A model generated the notes under the pieces. It ran no database searches. It was not told where the DNA came from and saw nothing but the letters and a program-made list of their open reading frames with translations. From Epithemia pelagica (Eukaryota; Protista; Bacillariophyta), in NCBI GenBank assembly GCA_946965045.2, contig OX337228.1:1488001-1552000 (forward strand): a stretch of DNA of 64,000 nucleotides, read 5' to 3'. Shown piece by piece: positions 54,774-64,000 of this stretch (position 1 is the stretch's first letter; each line of letters starts with the position of its first letter). Position numbers and translations under genes: made by a program.

Positions 54774-55780
54774 ACCAATTTGGTCAAATTGATCAACGCC
54801 TTCGCAATCTCCTAAAAGCCATGCGAAACGTTGACCCCCCGCCAGTGCGACTACAACCGGTCCCCATGCAGGTGATGGTGGCCGCTCAAGCACTGGTAGA
54901 CTCGTCTCCACGCCGCCGCGATGAAGCACAGTCGACCATCGACATGGCTTGGATCGGCTTCTTCTACATGCTCCGGGCAGGCAAGCATTGCCATACCTGT
55001 GAAAACTACCCGCTACGGGGGCGTCAAATCCGTTTCGCTCGTGGACACAAAAAAATCAACCCCTTCGACTGTTGCTTTGACGACCTCGCCAACGCTACGC
55101 AATCCTCTATCACGTTCGAGACACAAAAGAATCGACAAAAAGGGGAAATCGTTGCCCATGGACTTAGCAAACACGCCGTTGCCTGTCCTACCCGCGCCCT
55201 CGCACGCCGTATCATGCATCTGCGTCAAATGGGCGGCGGCCCAAACACTCCTTTGTGTGCCATCCGTCCGCATGCCGATGGCTGGGTGGTCGTCACCTCT
55301 AAAATGATCACGGATCTCTTGCGGCATGCGGTTCGAAACGTCCCTGACTGTGGTGTCGAACCCACCAACATTCAAACGCGTAGCCTGCGGGCCGGTGGCG
55401 CCATGGCCCTTCTTTGCGGACGGGTAGATACCGATACGATCAAACTGGTTGGGCGTTGGCGTTCTGATGCGATGTTTCGGTATCTCCACGCTCAGGCCAC
55501 ACCTGTCCTGGCCAATTTGGCCAATAAGATGCTCGTTCATGGCACCTTCACGTTGGCCCCGGGAGCGGAAGTTCCGGAGGTCGAAGCCCATCTCCTCGAC
55601 GTTGCCGCCCCTTTCGTTTCTTCGCCGACATTCGATCCCGAGGATTCGGCAGACCCGGTGCCACCCAGCGATCCGGCGGAAGAAGCCGCCGTCGCCACTG
55701 TCAATGCCGCCACCGTTTGCGCACATGAGGCTCATGGTCAGCCGAGTTCCTCCTATGCCCGCCCCGCCCCGAATCCGTAA
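54440..55780 (+). CDS. Tyrosine recombinase ORF3 (overlaps RT/RH by 334 nt)
   Basis: FFYMLR, TQKNRQKGE, RSLRAGGA and GRWRSDAMFRYL catalytic boxes. Confidence 0.9.
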   Translation: MVSTPSSSRDNFYLDLRLAQATARASVTPSRAEAHDRIWNKTWVPFIEEIGLDPFLHGIDDKISVLMVFAQRVRDGRCSRSGQPVRGDTVADQLLAIAKAFITVGSSDPRLNQFGQIDQRLRNLLKAMRNVDPPPVRLQPVPMQVMVAAQALVDSSPRRRDEAQSTIDMAWIGFFYMLRAGKHCHTCENYPLRGRQIRFARGHKKINPFDCCFDDLANATQSSITFETQKNRQKGEIVAHGLSKHAVACPTRALARRIMHLRQMGGGPNTPLCAIRPHADGWVVVTSKMITDLLRHAVRNVPDCGVEPTNIQTRSLRAGGAMALLCGRVDTDTIKLVGRWRSDAMFRYLHAQATPVLANLANKMLVHGTFTLAPGAEVPEVEAHLLDVAAPFVSSPTFDPEDSADPVPPSDPAEEAAVATVNAATVCAHEAHGQPSSSYARPAPNP

Positions 55781-56709
55781 TCCCTTTCATGCACTATCTT
55801 CCCAGAAACCGACAACAACAACCTCAAAAAAAAAAAAAAAACCTTTACGAAGATCCTTCGAAACTACGGATCCGAACTATCATCACATGCCCGTACCTCC
55901 GATACCTCCCGTCATCCGCCTCGTCATGGTTGGCCCACCAACAATGGGCCTTTCTCCTGAGTGGTAGCACTGGGCTAGGGCTCCTAGATTCCTTTTCGCC
56001 CAACACACTCAATACTACACTAGCTACCTGTTTATGAGGTCGGAGGAGGGACGCAACTTAGGTGGCGGTAGCCATTGATGTTGCGGTACGCACGACAGAC
56101 GAGTGGACAGGCCGGCGCGTCGAGAGCGCGGCGACATCTGTCACACTCCGTTGTCTTCCAGGAGCCAAGGCTCATTCTTTTGTCTGTGGCCGTCACGAGA
56201 GACCGCTGGAAGAATAGCTTAACCCGCCCGACCCGCCCTCCTGAGTGGTAGCACTGGGCTAGGGCTCCTAGATTCCTTTTCGCCCAACACACTCAATACT
56301 ACACTAGCTACCTGTTTATGAGGTCGGAGGAGGGACGCAACTTAGGTGGCGGTAGCCATAGGCATGCCAGATGTTGCAAATGCGAATCTTTGACACCTCT
56401 TTTGTGAGACCTATAAGCGACCACATATGAGAACAGTTACCCCCTCCGGAAGATCTACATCACTCGTATTCCTCGCTAGCTAGAGGAGTAGATGTTTGTA
56501 TGATGGATCAATTATTGAAAAAGATAAGTTCCTTTTAGGGCCAGAGCGTCTCTAAAGAGTGTCTAAGAGTTCATAGTGGCATCGTACGTGTTTGGCCTTT
56601 TGTTCACAGTCCGACACGTGGACCGTGCTTGGTGTTTTGGAATTGTGGGTTGACCCAACAAAGACCCGTGTGGTTGGTTCTCTACTAGTAGCTAGCATAT
56701 CCCCTTTTT

Positions 56710-58617
56710 TTACCAAACAAAGCCATCGTGTTGGGAAAAGGTGGTCATGGAAGCATAGGGCAAATGGCCAACGTCACCCATGAATCGACAACTCACCGAG
56801 CCGGTCGGTCGAATGGTAATGTACGTGAGGGAACAATTAAATGGACAATACCGCAACCAAACTTCGGGTGGCAATTGCAAGGCGCGACACAAAAAGTATC
56901 GAATGACATTGGCATGACAGACAATAATTTCAAATTCGTGATGATCCTCATCCCGGTCGTCGTCTGCGTGGGTCGGTTTTTCCTGCGCTACTGGGGTAGG
57001 ATGGTTGTTGTCGTGGGTGTTTGGTTTGTCCTTGTTGTCCTGGTTGGTGGTGGTGGTTGACGTCCTGGAATTGCCATTGTCTGGCTCCTGTGGATTGGCG
57101 GCTGCTGCTTGTTGCAGTGACTGTGGAAGTGTTGGAGGAGGAGCACGATAAAAGTATTTTTGAAAGGCTTGTTCAATACGAGCATGGTTTTCATCCGTGG
57201 CTTGAATGACGCGTTCCGAAACCTTTCCTCCCGGAATGTGATGACACGGTCTGTTGGAGATGCCCAGGACATATATGAAATTGTAGAAACAAGAAAAGAA
57301 GGGAACCGTAGAAACAAGGAGCAGAAATAAACAACAGGCCAACCCCATGAGATCACATTGCACGTCGTCGACGTCTTGTGTGTGTGTGTGGGAGTGAAAG
57401 AATGAATAAAAACGTACCGTCCTTCATTCAGCAAGGGATCGGGAGACTCGTAGTGGACTGTTTTGGGTAGGTATTTGGCAATGATATCTGCAGTTTCAAT
57501 GGCCCGCGTCATGTTGGAGACGCGGAGCTTGGTGATGCGACACAATTTGGTGGTGGTTGTTGTTGGAACGTCCAATGGATGTTCCATCAAACGAGCCAAT
57601 CGTTCTCCCGTCAATTCCGCTTGTCGTTTCCCCAAGGGTGTCAAGACTCGTAAATGGTCTTCCTGAAAGCACGACAAGACGAATAATGATGATGATGATC
57701 ACACGTGTGTGAGTTCACAATATATATGAACAAACGCACGTACAGACATACACTCCACACAGGACGCTTGTGAATGGTCTAGTTTTCGGCTCGTTCGTTC
57801 GTTCGTTCGTTTGTTTGTTTGTTTGTTTGTTCGTTCGTACCTTGTGTGTTTCATCGTATTGTCCATGTCGGACCAAGAGAATGTGTCGTGTGACGCCATG
57901 TTTGCGAATGTATCGTTGTCGTTTCGAATCCAATGGGTCATTTCCTGTAGCAGCTGGTTTTTGACCATCCCAATTGGAATCCCAGAGTGGATAGTCTACT
58001 TTGGGGTGCCATTTTTGCCTTTGAGGAAACAAGCCATGATAGAGGCCCGTGGCCGTTGATTGCATGCCAGCACGAGCGGGTGGCACAGTCGTGGTGGTGA
58101 TGGTAGTAGTTGTTTCGTTTGGTTGCAAGGATGGGGCACCCGACTCCTTGTTTGTATTGGTGCTGCTGCTGCTGCTGTCATCATCCACATCCGGTGGATC
58201 CAGTTTCAGTGGCAAATCTTTTTCAGTGTGTGGATGGTTGTCACACTGCGTTCGACTCACCAACGACGACGACGACGACAAAGAAGTGGAAGTGGAAGTG
58301 GTCAAGGAGGAGGAGTGGTGTGGCGGGTCGGATTTCCACAAGGTAGTTGTCACTGCGGCAGTGGCTGCCGCAACGGCCACCATGACCACACCGCTGCCAT
58401 CCAGATTATTATTTGCGGGTCCATGATTCGCCGTCGTTGTATTGGGGGGACGATCCGGCGTGGAAGACGAAACCCTGGATCGCGACACTCCCAACGGAGT
58501 AGTCGACGACGACGACAATGGTGTGGATGATGACGAGGAGGAAGATAACACGGCCAAACGTCTCGCTGCCGATGGTCGCCCAATCCAGGCCAGCATTTTC
58601 GAAGTTCTTGTCGCCAT
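56710..58617 (-). CDS. PGAM5: Mitochondrial Ser/Thr phosphatase PGAM5 family; exons 58617-57841, 57662-57418, 57250-56710
   Basis: WDSNWDG motif, [54 protein letters not shown]; GT-AG introns in consistent phase. Confidence 0.92.
57791..57838. repeat. Compound tetranucleotide microsatellite (TCGT)n(TTGT)n in PGAM5 intron 1
   Basis: Directly visible tandem repeat. Confidence 0.9.
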
Positions 58618-59527
58618 GGTGGTCGGTGGTGGTGAGAGTGAGAAATGGTATCTTCTCTGGTTTTCCGAATTCCGGTGTTTCCGCGACCAACATGGATTAT
58701 GGCGGCTATGATGAATCCTACAGATTCTGCTAGAGGCACGCCCGTACGCTCTATCTAAGAGGTCCCCAAAAAATCTCGACTCATGTGGGTGCATTTGACT
58801 TCCGAAGTCCCTGCCATGGCAACTCCTTGCATTTCCAGAGAGCCGTATGCATTACCGCTCCGCCTTGGTTGCGATCGTTGCGGGAGGAAGGACGGAACAG
58901 AAGCCAAAACGAGCCGAGAAAGATACTGTCTGTACAAGCCCTTGATTGGGCAAACACAAGACATGAAAGAAAAAGACGAGAGAACCATGACAAAGAGACG
59001 AGCTGGAGTTGGAAAACCACCAACGTGTGTGCAGATGGCCCCTACAATACTAGGTAGCCAGCATCGCAAACAAGACAAAGTACTAGAGAGCTTCGATTCA
59101 ATGGTTCGATGTATAGATAGAAATAATGCTTGACTGCATTGGTCTTCACGGTACGAAGTAGATTGGCTTCTGCGCCAACAAGATACTTTCGATATACCTC
59201 TATTAGATGAAGGTCAGTTTGTCGAAGAGGAGGAGGACCCTTCCATCTTCCATTATTCCATCACTTCCTCCAGCTATTGTACGACCCCTAACCGAACCTT
59301 AGCTCGCGCGACCGAGCGTCAGAATTCTCAGACTCACAGAATTCAGAACGCTGCAGTGTGACGTGTATTGTACACATGGTTGACAAATTATTTTCATTGT
59401 CATGACCATGGGAAAAATGGGAACACATACTTTGATTTGCAACGATTGAGGGAGAATTGAAATACTCATATACACAAGTACGTAGTAGTACCCCGAGAAA
59501 GAACAACCACACACAATAACGCGTACC

Positions 59528-60412
59528 ATGACGACTCGAGGAGGAATGGCCGCCAAGGCTTTGAGAGCCAAACGAACGTTGGTGCAGCTCTTGTTTGGTC
59601 GTGAGGCACGCAGCAGGATCACGACGACGAATCCAATCTCCGCACTGCCCCATCAAAACAAAACAGTGTTTCCTTCCAGTAGTAGTATGCTTCTGGATCC
59701 TTCGCACTACACACATTCCGATCTGAAGCATGCCTACTTGCAAAAGTTGAAGGAATTGCATCCCGATTTGAATCCATCCTCGACCACCAAGACGTCACCC
59801 GCCACTGCCGACGATCCGGTCACCCTAACTGCTGCATTCAACGGCAAGAGTCATGAGGATGGTCCTCAGGACAAGGACACGTTCTTACAGCAGCAGGAGC
59901 AGAATCAACGACACCATTGGAACGCCTTGCAAGATGCCTGGATGGACTATGAGGCCTTGGCCAAACAATGGCATCGGACATCGTCGTCGTCGACGACCGA
60001 AGAAGCGAATTTTACCCTCTTTGGTGTGGGATGCTCCTTTTCTGACAATGAACACGAGCGAGTTTTGAGGACGGAAATTATGGATCAAGCGGGACGAGGA
60101 TGGTTTTCGGCCGGACAGTTGCCCAGTACTAGTAGTGCGAGTACTGCGACGACGACAACAAACAGTAGAAGAACGCACAACCATTGGAATCCTCCCTCCT
60201 CCCGTTCTTCGTCGGAATCTCTTTTGACGCTGCAAGAGTTTGGGGCCACTTCCGTGTCTACCAAAAACGGCTCTGCGACGACAGCAAGTAGTCGTGGTCA
60301 TGACAACCACCAGGACGATCCACCGAATCGATCGACCACCGGCAAATCATTGATTGATTCGTGGATCTCGCCTCGTCGTCGTCGTCAAACGAATCTAGCA
60401 CAAGGAGAATGA
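59528..60412 (+). CDS. J-domain (DnaJ-like) protein, 294 aa
   Basis: LKHAYLQKLKELHPD (helix II + HPD), then WNALQDAW; C-terminal FTLFGVGCSFSDN block. Confidence 0.65.
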   Translation: MTTRGGMAAKALRAKRTLVQLLFGREARSRITTTNPISALPHQNKTVFPSSSSMLLDPSHYTHSDLKHAYLQKLKELHPDLNPSSTTKTSPATADDPVTLTAAFNGKSHEDGPQDKDTFLQQQEQNQRHHWNALQDAWMDYEALAKQWHRTSSSSTTEEANFTLFGVGCSFSDNEHERVLRTEIMDQAGRGWFSAGQLPSTSSASTATTTTNSRRTHNHWNPPSSRSSSESLLTLQEFGATSVSTKNGSATTASSRGHDNHQDDPPNRSTTGKSLIDSWISPRRRRQTNLAQGE

Positions 60413-61213
60413 TCATGGGTACAAGAATGATATACGATGCAACGCACACACAAGGTTCTGGACAGGATCTTGGCAAATGGTCCGAATGAGCATCATGCAG
60501 TGCGCCTCAACTATATAGATACATGAAACGAGATATCATGACTGCGATACCGCAGGAGGATACACAAGCAATCAAGCAGGGTATGCATCCGGTATGTTAT
60601 TCCACGCAATAGGAAAGGCCACACTTTGGACGGCACAAGGATCTTCAATTCATGCTTGGTTTCGCCATGGGATATGGAGCATACCAATCATTGGAGGGTA
60701 TCCTCTGCAAGTTTGTAGTCCATTCCTTGCATCATACTCCTATAAGCTTACATAAAAGCAAGTGCCCTCGCAATGTATTACATACAAACTCTCTAGGTAG
60801 AAGACAGAAACGCTCCATAAACTCTTGGTCTAATGGAAGGAACTTTTGCATCCCTGTGCCTATAGGCCATGTGCATTGTAGACGGAGAATCCAAGCGGCA
60901 TTTCACTAGTTGATACAAAAATTCCGGAACGAAAGCCTTCTGACGATTCTGGAATCCTTGATCGTAAGAATCGTGTCTCTCTCTTCATAGAGGGACAATG
61001 CCTCCACCAAACCATACTCTTTTCTTGACGAGGTCAAAGAAGATCCTTTAGAATCTTGGTATTGTCCAACTCTATAGAGACCCTACAGGGCAGCCACTTT
61101 GAGTCTCCTCTTTGCTGGTGCAAACTTGAAAGTCGTCGGTGATGCTTCCTGGTTCCAAACCAACGACAACTTCTTTCAACCGTAGCAGCCGTCGTTGTCA
61201 TGGACACTGTGGT

Positions 61214-63406
61214 TCAGGAGGTGGTGCGTCGACGCTTGATGGATTTGTTGTTGCCGCCCTTTTGTGTAGTCGTCGTCGTTCTTGGTGGTTTGCCACTACT
61301 TTTGGCTTGAGAACGGCGGACTTGATTCAAAATCTTTTGGACTCCAGCCGTGACACCCACCGCCTTCATTTCCGACTCGGTCATCCATCGAGTTGTCGTC
61401 GCTGTGGAAGAAGAGCTCTTGTCGTTGTCGTCGTCGTCGTCGTTGTCGTCATCGATTGGTTCCTCCACGTGAGCGTATTCGACCCACATGGTGTGGACCA
61501 CATGACTAAACACATGATCCATGGGATCCTTCAAACACGTGCGAGACCAGGCGGACCAGGACTCTGTCCTCTCCGCACGTTCCTCCGACTGCTGCTGCTG
61601 CTGCAAGTCGTTTAAGCGCTCGTCCAAGGATCGATTCCGCGTCTGGACGGGAATCTTGGGCGGCAGAGTTTGGTTCTCCCCGTCGTCCTTCTTCTTCTTT
61701 TTGTTGTTACTGCTCTTGGTTTGGTTGGAATTATTACTACTACTCCACAGCAAGGCAGCTGGGAATTCCCATTGGCCAGCCAGGAGTCCTTGGGAGGGTC
61801 GTCGCGTCAACAACCACTTGGGTTCGTTTGTGGTTTGTGGATTCGTTGTTCGTGTTTTTGTGATTGTGGTGGTGGTGGTGGTTCGACAGAGAGCCGCCAC
61901 GGCCAAGATTTCCTGTCGTTTCGCTTGTTTGGGAGGTGCCAGGGGAAAGGCTTTGTGTCCACAGGTTCGGGCAAAGTCTCTCCATTCTTCGTTATCGCCA
62001 TTGGCTGGCAATTCTCGCTGCTGCTGCAAGAGCGTGATGATAGTCTCGAGGGCCCGTGCTTGACCCGAGTCTCCACAGAGGGCACATTTTCCCTGGATAG
62101 AAGCCGAAAGTGTTTGGGTGTTGTTGGACCGCCACCGTCGTGCCACTTCCAGTCCCAAACGGGTACTGACATAATGTTTCATCAGTGGATCCTGGGGATC
62201 AATTCCGGTACCGGAGGGTGCACAATAGGTGGCACCCAACTCCATGAGAGCTTGATTGACATGTCCGGGTCGACTTTGATCGCCCGCCTCGACGAGTTGT
62301 TGCGCCAAGTTCCATCCCAGCTTGTCCTTGAGCATGGGTGCCTTGACATCAATGGCAATGCCCCGCAAGCGGGCCAAGACCCGACACACATTGCCATCCA
62401 CGACAGGGACCGTCACCTGGTAGGCAATGGAGGCAATCGCACTCGCTGTATACCGACCCACACCCGGCAATTGCAACAACCCCTCGACCGTCGTGGGCAA
62501 TTGACCGTCCAAGGTTTGAACCACGGATTGAGCGGCTTGGTGCAAGAGTCGACCTCGGCGATAAAAGCCCAATCCGGCCCAATGCGCATTAATTTGTTCG
62601 TCCGTGGCGGCGGCCAACTCCTGAATGGTTGGAAAGGAGTTCATCCACCGCACCCAATAGGGAATGACCGCTTCCACGCGTGTTTGTTGCAGCATGATTT
62701 CACTCACCCAAATGCCATAGGCTGACACAGGGAAAGCAGTGGTAGTGGTCGTAGTTGTATCTGTTTTTTCGGTTTGTGATACTGACTGTGGACTGGACGT
62801 TGATGCCCGTTTCTTCTTGTTGTTGTTGGTGGTGGGTGCAAAATAGTCTTGAATCGAGGACTGCTGCGCGGAGGATCGTTTGCCCATTGGTTTTGCCTCA
62901 CTACTATTCTTCTTCTTCTTCTTCTTCTTCTTGTCGGCAAAATTGGCCGTACTGCCATCCCATGGAGGAGGATCGCCCCGCCATGGCAAGTGACGACGAT
63001 GCGCGTCGTACCAGTCCAACAAGCGTTGTCGAATCTCTGTCGCTTCCTCGGGGGAAAACAAATGAAAGTCGAAACTATCATGAGACAACCATTCATCCAG
63101 GAGCACCGAATCGTTTCGTTCTTCTTGTTGAGTCTTGGTACTGTCGGCCGTCAGTGATACTGAAACTGTGGTGTCGATCTCCTGCTCCTCCTCGGTCTTG
63201 ACCATGGTCATTCTTTGTCTTGTTCTGGGCCGCATCCTGCTGCTGGGTCCACCAGGACGGACAATGACGGTCGAAGAACCACAAATCCAACCAGCCGATG
63301 CAGCTCCAATCCAACGTCTCGGACTGGGCCACAACGACGACGACGGCGACGATGCCAACCACAAGCACGAGCTACCAATCCCCCCAATGCGAGACAGGAG
63401 GAGCAT
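61214..63406 (-). CDS. MUTYH: A/G-specific adenine DNA glycosylase
   Basis: RHLPWR, WVSEIMLQQTRV, WAGLGFYRR, HhH LPGVGRYTA, VDGNVCRVLARL, NUDIX-like GLLAGQWEFP and HVFSH loop. Confidence 0.93.
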   Translation of the reverse strand: MLLLSRIGGIGSSCLWLASSPSSSLWPSPRRWIGAASAGWICGSSTVIVRPGGPSSRMRPRTRQRMTMVKTEEEQEIDTTVSVSLTADSTKTQQEERNDSVLLDEWLSHDSFDFHLFSPEEATEIRQRLLDWYDAHRRHLPWRGDPPPWDGSTANFADKKKKKKKKNSSEAKPMGKRSSAQQSSIQDYFAPTTNNNKKKRASTSSPQSVSQTEKTDTTTTTTTAFPVSAYGIWVSEIMLQQTRVEAVIPYWVRWMNSFPTIQELAAATDEQINAHWAGLGFYRRGRLLHQAAQSVVQTLDGQLPTTVEGLLQLPGVGRYTASAIASIAYQVTVPVVDGNVCRVLARLRGIAIDVKAPMLKDKLGWNLAQQLVEAGDQSRPGHVNQALMELGATYCAPSGTGIDPQDPLMKHYVSTRLGLEVARRWRSNNTQTLSASIQGKCALCGDSGQARALETIITLLQQQRELPANGDNEEWRDFARTCGHKAFPLAPPKQAKRQEILAVAALCRTTTTTTITKTRTTNPQTTNEPKWLLTRRPSQGLLAGQWEFPAALLWSSSNNSNQTKSSNNKKKKKDDGENQTLPPKIPVQTRNRSLDERLNDLQQQQQSEERAERTESWSAWSRTCLKDPMDHVFSHVVHTMWVEYAHVEEPIDDDNDDDDDNDKSSSSTATTTRWMTESEMKAVGVTAGVQKILNQVRRSQAKSSGKPPRTTTTTQKGGNNKSIKRRRTTS

Positions 63407-63739
63407 GGTCGTCTCCGCGACAGAAAAAATGAGACAGACAGCATTGGCAACGATTCTCCTCTAGCTAGAAGTTTTGAGACATCCAGTACCGGTAGTCTAC
63501 ATAGATATACGTATGTACCATCGATGTGTTACTCCTCAGCGATTGGGAGTCATGAGGATTAGTGATTCAAATTCTTTTTCACCTCCAATTTACGACAGAT
63601 GTGCGACCCAATGATTCGCTCCTGCTTGGGAGTAGCTATGTATGTACTGACATTAAGGCGACACTAAAGCGACCGCGGAGCCTTTTTTGCATCCGCGGCA
63701 AAAGTTTTTCATTTTCTGCGTGTGTGGTTGCTTTGGACC

Positions 63740-64000
63740 ATGTCGTCCAGTGACGAAACGTATTTGGAAGGCTTCATTGAGGGTCTTGCGACATTGCCCA
63801 ATGAAGTCCGACGAAATCTGGAATTGATGAAAGATCTCGACAAATCCTCGGGGTGAGTAAGAAGAAGTGAATCGTGAATCGCACATGCCACGGTCTGTAC
63901 AAATATGGCAATCTTGGGCTCTCACCCAATTGCTCTCACCAATGATTGTCGTGTTTGCTCAATGTTCTTCTATAGCTCCAAAGCGGATGAGTTACTCAAA
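63740..64000 (+). CDS. ING-family protein, N-terminus (partial; exon 1 63740-63852, exon 2 from 63976)
   Basis: YLEGFIEGLATLPNEVRRNLELMKDLD matches the ING N-terminal helical domain; GTGAGT..TATAG intron keeps the frame. Confidence 0.75.

Larger units (their letters stand above)
49926..56359 (+). mobile_element. Tyrosine-recombinase (DIRS order, Ngaro/PAT-like) retrotransposon with split direct repeats A1-ORFs-B1-A2-B2
   Basis: A1 49926-50073 = A2 56075-56222 (148 bp); B1 55954-56075 = B2 56238-56359 (122 bp); gag, RT/RH and YR ORFs; no TSD. Confidence 0.93.

Noticed and set aside
55013-55735. 240-aa antisense ORF in the recombinase
   Set aside because: Typical antisense shadow of a GC-rich coding region.
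1-64000. tRNA, rRNA, telomeric or CRISPR loci
   Set aside because: None recognised by eye; the only tRNA-like matches are the two short PBS motifs.

Overview
Eukaryotic nuclear DNA, most likely from a pennate diatom. This is inferred from bipartite signal-peptide+F plastid presequences, short GT-AG introns and CoDi-like Ty1/copia elements. About 37 kb of the 64 kb is recently inserted retroelement. (A) A plus-strand copia element at 18683-49189 has identical 147-bp LTRs and an ACACA TSD. Once the nested insert is removed, its gag and pol are in one frame, separated only by a UGA followed by a hairpin. (B) Nested inside A, antisense, is a 23.5-kb head-to-tail array (20641-44202) of a second copia family, with four units, five LTRs and one CATTG TSD. 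This family has an extra 259-aa ORF upstream of gag-pol, a PBS matching a tRNA-Asn anticodon arm and a chromodomain-like module. One unit carries an inverted RT fragment that should make a 301-bp fold-back RNA. (C) A split-direct-repeat tyrosine-recombinase retrotransposon at 49926-56359 also has gag and RT in one frame, separated by one UAG. Host genes are a 4-Cys Rieske-like plastid protein, RFC2 with a 9-nt microexon in the P-loop, plastid IF-1, a triply frameshifted STAND/AAA gene, PGAM5, a J-domain protein, MUTYH and the start of an ING gene. An inversion of about 8 kb between roughly 7.1 and 17.5 kb has inverted duplications at both breakpoints. All calls were made by eye from the sequence and the ORF track; no database searches were run.
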